DNA of 61,317 bases. Source: an uncultured virus (IMG/VR IMGVR_UViG_3300024518_006364). Its lineage: Duplodnaviria > Heunggongvirae > Uroviricota > Caudoviricetes. A program made the position numbers and the translations under genes. The notes under the pieces were generated by a model that worked only from the letters and a program-made list of their open reading frames with translations, had not been told where the DNA came from and did no database searches. The DNA lies in IMG/VR virus record IMGVR_UViG_3300024518_006364, one strand, 5' to 3'. Shown here piece by piece: positions 54,919 through 61,317 of this stretch; positions within the stretch are counted from its first letter, which is position 1, and every line of letters begins with the position of its first letter.

Positions 54919-56349
54919 CTACGAGGAGAGCGCGGCCATCATGCCGGTGAGACGGGCTGTGGCCTCCTTCTCTGCCTCTTCCTCTTCCTTCTTCTCGGCC
55001 TCTTCCGGATCGGATTCGGCGGCCTCGCCCTCGGCCTCGCGCTTGTCGCCCTGCATCTTGGCGAGGAACTGGGCCTTCTCCTCGTCGGTGGCGAGCTTCA
55101 TCAGATCCTGCACGGCCGCGACCTTCTCCGCGTCCGGCATCGAGGCAGGCATGAGGGGAACTGCGATGCGCGCCATCTTGTCGAAGGCGTCCTTGTACTC
55201 CTCGGCCGTCTTGCCCACGAAGCTGATGACCTGGCTGGCCTGCGGCGCCGTGTTCGGGGGCTGGTTCGGGTGAGGCGCTGCCGTGCCGACGTAGCCCGCG
55301 CCTTCGCCAAGGGCGGTCGCCGTCGTGCCGACGCCCGCTTCCCCCTGGTTGGCGTAGTTCTTCGGGCGCTCCTGCTCTTCCAGCGCGGCCTCGGGGGTCT
55401 GCTTGGCCGCGACCGCGAGGTCGATCGGGTTGGTCGGCTGGCCGTCGATCAGAGGTCCCTCGACCTTGGGATCGCCCATGCCGATGCCCGCGGTGGCCTG
55501 GGCACTCTTGACCGTCTTGATCATGTGGAGGGCGGTCTTGAGAGCGCCTTCCTTCTGCGCCGGGACATCCACCACCTCGGATGCCTGGGGCGCCGAGTTC
55601 GGGGGCTGGTCCGGGTGGGGAACCTGCACGCCGGTCATGCCTGCACCCATCCCGATGTTGGTCGGGGTCGTGCCGACGCCCGCCTCTCCCTCGTTGGCGT
55701 AGTTCTCGGGGCGCTGTCCCGCCTCGAGTCCTGCCTCCGGGGTCTGCTTGGCGGCAACGGCCAGCGTGTCCGCCTTGGTCGGCTTGCCGTCGATCAGGGG
55801 TCCCTCGACGCTGGGCTCGCCCATGCCGATGCCCTTGGCGGCCTGGGCGGTCTTGACCTCTTCGTGATACTGGGCCAGGGCGATGTTGACGTGCGCCAGC
55901 TTGGTTGGCCCGTGGGCTGCCAACTTCTGCATGTCTTCGGCGTTGGCTTTCTTCTCCGCCAGCATGACATGGGCCGAAGCCGCCTTGCCTGTGATGTTGG
56001 CGAGGGCCTCGGCCAGGGCCGCGACCTCCTCGGGCTCCATCGCGAGGCCTTCGCTCGGCGCGTCGGCGCCCATGGGGGGCATTCCGCCCTCGGCACCCGG
56101 AGGCATTCCGCCCTCGGCACCCGGAGGCATTCCGCCCTCGGCACCCGGAGGCATTCCGCCCCCACCGCCTCCGGCGAGAGCTGCGTCGGCCATGGCGGCT
56201 TGCATCAGCTCGTCCTGGCCTTCCTCCGGAATTGCATCCGCGGTCGCGTCCGCAATCGCGTTGGCATCTTCCTCCTGCGCGAACTTGAGGATTCCTGCAT
56301 CGGCGAGGCAGGCGGCGATCCCTCTCACGTACGCTCTCCGCATCGGCAT
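54919..56349 (-). CDS. Scaffold/polyprotein-like head protein with duplicated ~100-aa module
   Basis: More than 10 KxA motifs; two repeats starting VKTA and VKSA; GGMPPGAE tandem repeats. Confidence 0.7.
   Translation of the reverse strand: MPMRRAYVRGIAACLADAGILKFAQEEDANAIADATADAIPEEGQDELMQAAMADAALAGGGGGGMPPGAEGGMPPGAEGGMPPGAEGGMPPMGADAPSEGLAMEPEEVAALAEALANITGKAASAHVMLAEKKANAEDMQKLAAHGPTKLAHVNIALAQYHEEVKTAQAAKGIGMGEPSVEGPLIDGKPTKADTLAVAAKQTPEAGLEAGQRPENYANEGEAGVGTTPTNIGMGAGMTGVQVPHPDQPPNSAPQASEVVDVPAQKEGALKTALHMIKTVKSAQATAGIGMGDPKVEGPLIDGQPTNPIDLAVAAKQTPEAALEEQERPKNYANQGEAGVGTTATALGEGAGYVGTAAPHPNQPPNTAPQASQVISFVGKTAEEYKDAFDKMARIAVPLMPASMPDAEKVAAVQDLMKLATDEEKAQFLAKMQGDKREAEGEAAESDPEEAEKKEEEEAEKEATARLTGMMAALSS
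56078..56161. repeat. 24-bp tandem repeat, 3.5 copies (GGMPPGAE)
   Basis: Unit GGCATTCCGCCCTCGGCACCCGGA. Confidence 0.9.
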
Positions 56350-56438
56350 TTTCTTGTCCTCCCTGGTTGTCCAGGCTTGTTCTTAATCCTGGTTCACGAT
56401 ATTACAAAAGCCACCGTCAAGTGCCAAGTTTATTTTCC

Positions 56439-57236
56439 CTACTCGGGGACGGCCCCGAAACTCCTTCGGACGATTTCCCCAAGTCCTCCCATACGTGCGG
56501 GGGGCGTTGGACGCGGAGAACCAAGCTGGCGTTCAAGACTTCGCTGCTGCGGTGACTGCGGGTCGAACACGCCTCCTGCGGCCTCGCCGATGGATTCTCC
56601 TGCTGCTGTTCCAGGAATAAATCCGAGGGCACCGAGCGGGCCCGTCAGCGCCCACCCGAGAGAGCTCCCCAACTCACGTCCAATCTGTTGCCCGGTGGAA
56701 TAGCGAGGGTCGCCTCCGGTGGCCAAGGTGCTTCCGATGCCATAGGCAGGGAATCCGAGGATGAACGCTTTGGAAAGCATGTCACCAGGGGCTGCGCGTG
56801 CGAGGGCCCACGCGCGTTCAGGAGTGAGTCCTTGGTGCCTGATGTTCCGCGCGGCGCTCGCGACCTCGGGGGACCACGCCAACTCTCCACGGAGGAGGCC
56901 CCCTTTACCGAGTAAACCGCCTGTGTGGTAGCGCCCCTTGAGAGTTCGGAGTCCGTGATTGCCGACAAGAAGCGAACGCAACATGCCGGAGCCCTGTCCG
57001 GGGGGCGTGCGATAGTGCCCGAGAGACGCAGGGTCTGCGGTCTCGATCCACTTCATGAAGCGTCCTGGCTCCAGGGCACTGTAGTCGGCGGGCTTGCCCG
57101 CTGCCACAAGTCTTTTTCGGAGCGCGGCGAGGCCTTCCATCTCTGCGGACTGAGCGCCACGTACTCCTTTTCCAAGCAAGGCCGTGCGCAACCCACTGAG
57201 GATTTTGCCGGGGTTGACCGGAGGGAGAGGGGGCAT
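56439..57236 (-). CDS. Basic glycine-zipper protein
   Basis: TGATG overlap with RNAP gene; GxxxG repeats. Confidence 0.6.
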   Translation of the reverse strand: MPPLPPVNPGKILSGLRTALLGKGVRGAQSAEMEGLAALRKRLVAAGKPADYSALEPGRFMKWIETADPASLGHYRTPPGQGSGMLRSLLVGNHGLRTLKGRYHTGGLLGKGGLLRGELAWSPEVASAARNIRHQGLTPERAWALARAAPGDMLSKAFILGFPAYGIGSTLATGGDPRYSTGQQIGRELGSSLGWALTGPLGALGFIPGTAAGESIGEAAGGVFDPQSPQQRSLERQLGSPRPTPPARMGGLGEIVRRSFGAVPE

Positions 57237-59044
57237 CAGTATTTACCTCGCGCTGAAGGTAGCCCGAAACTTTGTCCATAGGCAAGAGCTGGGATGGGAT
57301 TGAACCCCCGAAGACGGGCTGTCCCGCCTGAGTGAACCCCTTCCAGAAGAGCCGTCTTGAGATAACGGTGTCCCATGCGTGACAGAACATCCGGATTGAG
57401 GAGCGGGTTACGCGAAAGCGGCTTCATCACGAACTCGAGGCGCGGGGCCTCTCCGGGAGGAAGCGTTTTCACCTTGGAAATTTTGGCCTCGCGCAGCGCG
57501 TCTTGCACGGACTTTGTGATGGGAGAGCCCGCGGTGAAGTGCAAGTAGTCATCCCCGAGTACGTGCCCCTTTGTCTCTTTAAGCGAACGTTCCTTGGAGG
57601 CCTCACGAAGACGCCCGCGAAGAGCAGAGTGTGCCACCATGTCACCTGCACGGAGGCCGGGGATGCTTCCCGGATCCCAGATCTGGGCGTAGTTCAGGTG
57701 CGTCTTGGCCAGGATTTCCAGGTGCCGTCTGTCGAGGTCATGCCCAGAGGACGAGTAAAGGTCGTCCAGCCGTTGGATGAGGTAGTCACGCCCCGCGCCA
57801 ATTCCCTTCAGGCGTGTAACGTCCTTGGGGTTGGGGATTCCGTCAGCGAGGGCGTCGCCCGCCTCCACGTGAAAACCAGGACGCACAAGAGGAGGAGCTT
57901 CGGGGGGCGTGTAGTACCGTTGTCCCGCGACGTGCATGTAGTGGCCGCCCTGTGGCGCCTTCTCGATTTTCTCGACCTTGCCTTCTTCCTCCGCGACGAC
58001 TGCCATGTTGGCCATCGAGGCAGGCACCTCGACAATTTGTCGCAATCGCTCGATGGTACGAAGCTCGCGTCCCTTGGTTGTGGACAGCTTCACTCCGTGT
58101 TTTGAGTCCAGGGCCATCTGAGTCAGCGGTTCGGAGAGGACCTGTCCCGCACGGACACCAACGTTGATCCCAATGTCGTGATTCTGCCCTACCTCGTTGA
58201 GCCCCATGCACCGTTGACAGATGCCATTTGGGAGCTCGCAGGTGGAAGGCGAGCGTACAACAACGAGCCCGCGAGTTCTGGCGAGTCGCTTGCCAACTTC
58301 AGCAGTGACAAGAGTGTTGTGCGGTAGGCCTGCTGCCGGTTTGGCAAGGTATCTGTCACGCAGTTCGGGGCTGTTTGAAGGAAGTGCGATCCCATTGGTT
58401 GTCCCACAATCCTCACTGGCGATGACTTGGTCCGCCATGTTGTTGATGAAGATCTTGCTCAAGTCTCCAGGCTCCGAGACGGACAGGTTGGCAGCCATCG
58501 CGTTGAGACGTGCTTCGGAATTTGCAAGCCACGCTTCGGCAGGGGACAGTCCCTCCGCGAAACTGTGGTGGATCAAGTAAGGGTACACCGTCTTGTCGTG
58601 CTTCATTGCCACAACGGGGGAGACTACGGTCTTGATGAGCTGGCTGGGGGAACCGCGGGCACCCGCCTCAACTTCGCGGGCCAGACTTCCAGGATGTGTC
58701 ATCGCCAGGTTCACGGCGCGCGACTGCGCGTCGGCGAGGACGGACAGCTTTTGAGGATACGTCCGTGCTGCATCTAGGCGCTTCTGCGCGCCCGCGAAGA
58801 GAGCTCGCTGTTTCACGTAGTTCGGAGTGATGTCGTCCAGTCCGGGGGAGAGGGGTTCCAGCGTGGCAACCTCATCTGCGACGGCCTTTAGCCCCTGCAT
58901 GTTGTGCACATAGGCAGTGGGGTCGTTCTTGGCCATGTCCAGAAAAGCAGAGCGCAGGCGGCGTTTGTTCAACGGGCCACGATCAAGACGCGTCCCCGGG
59001 GGGAGATATCCCTTGATCAGATGCTGCCCGAAGGAAAGGGTCAC
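57236..59044 (-). CDS. DNA-directed RNA polymerase beta' subunit, C-terminal part (split subunit)
   Basis: AGARGS, EGLSPAE, PGDLSK bridge helix, EDCGT, RSP.TC, ICQRC.G, NVGV.AGQ.LSEP.TQ..L..KH trigger loop. Confidence 0.9.
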   Translation of the reverse strand: MTLSFGQHLIKGYLPPGTRLDRGPLNKRRLRSAFLDMAKNDPTAYVHNMQGLKAVADEVATLEPLSPGLDDITPNYVKQRALFAGAQKRLDAARTYPQKLSVLADAQSRAVNLAMTHPGSLAREVEAGARGSPSQLIKTVVSPVVAMKHDKTVYPYLIHHSFAEGLSPAEAWLANSEARLNAMAANLSVSEPGDLSKIFINNMADQVIASEDCGTTNGIALPSNSPELRDRYLAKPAAGLPHNTLVTAEVGKRLARTRGLVVVRSPSTCELPNGICQRCMGLNEVGQNHDIGINVGVRAGQVLSEPLTQMALDSKHGVKLSTTKGRELRTIERLRQIVEVPASMANMAVVAEEEGKVEKIEKAPQGGHYMHVAGQRYYTPPEAPPLVRPGFHVEAGDALADGIPNPKDVTRLKGIGAGRDYLIQRLDDLYSSSGHDLDRRHLEILAKTHLNYAQIWDPGSIPGLRAGDMVAHSALRGRLREASKERSLKETKGHVLGDDYLHFTAGSPITKSVQDALREAKISKVKTLPPGEAPRLEFVMKPLSRNPLLNPDVLSRMGHRYLKTALLEGVHSGGTARLRGFNPIPALAYGQSFGLPSARGKY

Positions 59045-59286
59045 TTGATTCCCCAGTCGCCGGGGAGCCTCTCTGCCTGCCCAATGTTGAGCGGGATGGA
59101 ACGGTCAAACGTTAGCCCGTGCGGGTAGCCCGCAGGGGGACGCCCAACAAATCCAGAGGTGTTGTCGTACTTCATTCCTCCCCCGGGAAGTCCCACGCCC
59201 GTGTGCGCAAAGTCGCGCAGGGCTTCGAGGAAATCCTGGGGAGGCTCGCCGCCAGGCGCCCCAATCTTGGTGAGATCGATTGCCAT
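59041..59286 (-). CDS. Small protein with MAIDLTKIG tag
   Basis: Overlaps both neighbours; tag shared with 11702, 12157, 13059, 15491 ORFs. Confidence 0.6.
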   Translation of the reverse strand: MAIDLTKIGAPGGEPPQDFLEALRDFAHTGVGLPGGGMKYDNTSGFVGRPPAGYPHGLTFDRSIPLNIGQAERLPGDWGIK

Positions 59287-59711
59287 CAGACAGCCTTCTT
59301 GCTGGGCTCCCGTTTACCCCGGACCTCCTGCACCCAGTTCCACAGCTTGTCCAGGTAGTTCATCAACGGGCCGACCGCGAACACGAGGAGGGCCTCGTAC
59401 CACCGGATACCTGCGACCATCAATGCGCAGAGGCTGGAGACGGCACTGAGAAGAATGATGACGCCGGGTCCCCACTTCTTGAACCAGGGCTTCACTTTGG
59501 CGATTTTCTTCATCACGAAGATGGCCATCTGGATGAACAGCATGACGATGCCTGCCCACTGGCCGGTCTTGACGAAGTTCACCGCCGAGTCGGTCTGGGC
59601 GGCCAGGTCTGCGGACGAGGTGATCTCCGGGGGCTTGTTGGTGATGGTCTGGGCCGCGACCGTGAAGCCGAGGACCCATACGATGGTGAAGATGAAGAAT
59701 GCGATTCTCAT
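59286..59711 (-). CDS. Multi-pass membrane protein (holin-like candidate)
   Basis: GGAGG RBS; 3-4 hydrophobic segments, basic C-terminus. Confidence 0.6.
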   Translation of the reverse strand: MRIAFFIFTIVWVLGFTVAAQTITNKPPEITSSADLAAQTDSAVNFVKTGQWAGIVMLFIQMAIFVMKKIAKVKPWFKKWGPGVIILLSAVSSLCALMVAGIRWYEALLVFAVGPLMNYLDKLWNWVQEVRGKREPSKKAV

Positions 59712-59733
59712 GACAGTACCTCCGCGGAGTATT

Positions 59734-61020
59734 CTACGAGACCCTCGGCGGTTCGGCAATCTTCGGAGGCTTGATCTCCTCCACCTTGGGCACGTCGATC
59801 CCGCCTTCTCCTCCAAGCCCGGCTGCCGACATGCGCATCGGACGTCTTCCGTGCGTGCGTGCATCGAGCTTCTGGATGAACCATTGTTTCGGGTCTTTCC
59901 CCATCCGGCGCATGTTGAAGACCTTGTTCGAGCCGTTCATCACTTGGAAGATGATGCTGCTCAGATCTGCCTTGAGGATGTCAGCAGGTTTCGGGGCCTT
60001 GGTTTGTACTGTGCCTGCGCCGTAGCCTTCGGCAATTCGGCCCTGGAAGTTCTTGGCGTAGTCGGACGTGTGGTCAGGCTGCTGGACGGCCAGCAACTTT
60101 TCTCCAAGGCGTGACGGGAGCCGCGACTTCGGAATGGCCCAGGAGTGGGCGATGCCCGATTCTTCGTCAACGAGACGCATATCGTAGTGTGATCGTCCCT
60201 TGGACCTGTCCGTCTTGTGCTTCTGGATTGCCATGGAGAACGGGTCGCCCACGTCGTCGGGACGGATGGGTGTCGTGGTTCCCTTGTCGGGGAGGCCGGG
60301 GGCGAACTGCGCATCCTTGAGTCGAAGTTTTTCCGCGTACTCCAGAAGGCGCTTCCTCGTGACGAACTTTGCCACCTTGGCCATGCCCGGCTCAAACGCC
60401 CCGATGTCTCCCAGGTTGACCTTCATCGCCCTCAACCCCGTCGTAGCATTCAACGACCCGATGGCGCGGACAGAGCCCATGGGCTTCATTGCAACCATGT
60501 CGAGCCGGATGTCCTTGCCCTCCGGTTTCCGGAACGTCGTACCCTCGAGCCCCCGGAGAGCCCCCATCAGGGTAGCGCGCGCTCCGCGCGTGCGCATCAT
60601 TTTACCGATAGGGTGACGGACGTGGAATCCCCGCCCGCCGGAGAACGCAACGATCGTGTCCTCACTCGGGAAGCGGCTGTTGAGGACATCGACAACCGCT
60701 TGGGTCGCGCCCTTTACATCAGAAAACGAAGCATCAGGGCCCGGGTCAATGTCGACGACGAACTGCTCGGTGGTTTTCCCTGTGGTCGGGTGGAACTCGG
60801 CGTGGCGCCGCGAGGCCCAGTAGGAGATGTCCTGGGCATCGGGGATCTTGATGTACTTGCCACCGCGCTTCCGCTTGAAGATCTTGTCACCGTCCTCCTG
60901 CACTTGGACGACTGACACAGGACGTGAGCCGAACTGATTGAGCAGTTCGATCTGGACCTCGGGACGGGCGTAGTACTTCTCAACCTGGGAACGGGTGAGG
61001 CCTGGGAGGAGGTCAGCCAA
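59734..61020 (-). CDS. LigD-like primase-polymerase (AEP) fused to LigD 3'-phosphoesterase domain, no ligase
   Basis: VVDIDPG and FSGGRGFHV (AEP); IQKH...HYDMRL...HSWAIPK...DH..DY..F.G.I..GYGAGTV (phosphoesterase). Confidence 0.85.
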   Translation of the reverse strand: MADLLPGLTRSQVEKYYARPEVQIELLNQFGSRPVSVVQVQEDGDKIFKRKRGGKYIKIPDAQDISYWASRRHAEFHPTTGKTTEQFVVDIDPGPDASFSDVKGATQAVVDVLNSRFPSEDTIVAFSGGRGFHVRHPIGKMMRTRGARATLMGALRGLEGTTFRKPEGKDIRLDMVAMKPMGSVRAIGSLNATTGLRAMKVNLGDIGAFEPGMAKVAKFVTRKRLLEYAEKLRLKDAQFAPGLPDKGTTTPIRPDDVGDPFSMAIQKHKTDRSKGRSHYDMRLVDEESGIAHSWAIPKSRLPSRLGEKLLAVQQPDHTSDYAKNFQGRIAEGYGAGTVQTKAPKPADILKADLSSIIFQVMNGSNKVFNMRRMGKDPKQWFIQKLDARTHGRRPMRMSAAGLGGEGGIDVPKVEEIKPPKIAEPPRVS

Positions 61021-61317
61021 TCTTCACCGGGTCATCGAGCTTCAGCTTGCCCTGGTGGTATGCCTGCATTGCTTCCGCCTGGGTCTTGAACTTCTTCGCC
61101 TTGACGCCCTTTCGGGGACCATGTGAGGCGAGCCACGTTCCCAAGATAGCCTCTTGCTGGGGGAAGACCAGAAGGGCGTCACGCTGTTTGTCGGTGAACA
61201 GCATGTTGGGCAGTGTCAGCCTTTTGGCCTCGTCGTTGGCCGTCGGAGACGCAGGGACATGCAACTGAAGCGTGTCGCCATCGTAGTCGAGGTTCATCCC
61301 CTCCTCGATGTAAGGGT
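61013..61317 (-). CDS. RNA polymerase subunit carrying the catalytic DxDGD motif (3' end only)
   Basis: P....GMNLDYDGDT..LHVP, variant of NADFDGD; P.QEA.LG. Confidence 0.88.
   Translation of the reverse strand, partial: PYIEEGMNLDYDGDTLQLHVPASPTANDEAKRLTLPNMLFTDKQRDALLVFPQQEAILGTWLASHGPRKGVKAKKFKTQAEAMQAYHQGKLKLDDPVKIG

Noticed and set aside
51530..56703. Long plus-strand ORFs (e.g. 608 aa, 668 aa) and similar antisense ORFs elsewhere
   Set aside because: Shadows of GC-rich minus-strand genes; no RBS or protein motifs.

Overview
Segment of a large, GC-rich (about 60-65% by eye) contractile-tailed phage genome, jumbo-phage-like; no host housekeeping context is visible. Region 2.1-11.6 kb (+) is an RNA island: 16 tRNA genes, a complete tmRNA, an HNH endonuclease, a vWA-PurA operon, a cyclic-phosphate-processing receiver protein and a Ro60/TROVE gene. 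It also holds many structured non-coding elements. These include seven Y-RNA-like genes sharing a covarying bulged terminal stem (two YrlA-type permuted-tRNA mimics, four minimal stem-only forms, one with a different ~110-nt domain next to Ro60), four tandem rod-shaped RNAs ending in RCCA, two remodelled tRNA-like RNAs, a pseudoknotted three-way junction and a ~195-nt multibranched RNA. Region 11.7-25 kb holds accessory and cargo genes (permuted papain-like protein, NT5C, C39 endolysin candidate, a nested-repeat structural protein) and a ~550-nt candidate structured ncRNA. Region 25-61 kb (-) is the virion module (baseplate spike, tail tube, 1512-aa sheath, neck, major capsid, prohead protease, putative internal head proteins), followed by a split RNA polymerase beta' interrupted by a LigD POL-PE fusion. 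About 20 predicted virion proteins share a recurring K-x-A/G motif, the probable maturation cleavage signal. All calls come from manual motif and base-pair inspection; no database searches were run.
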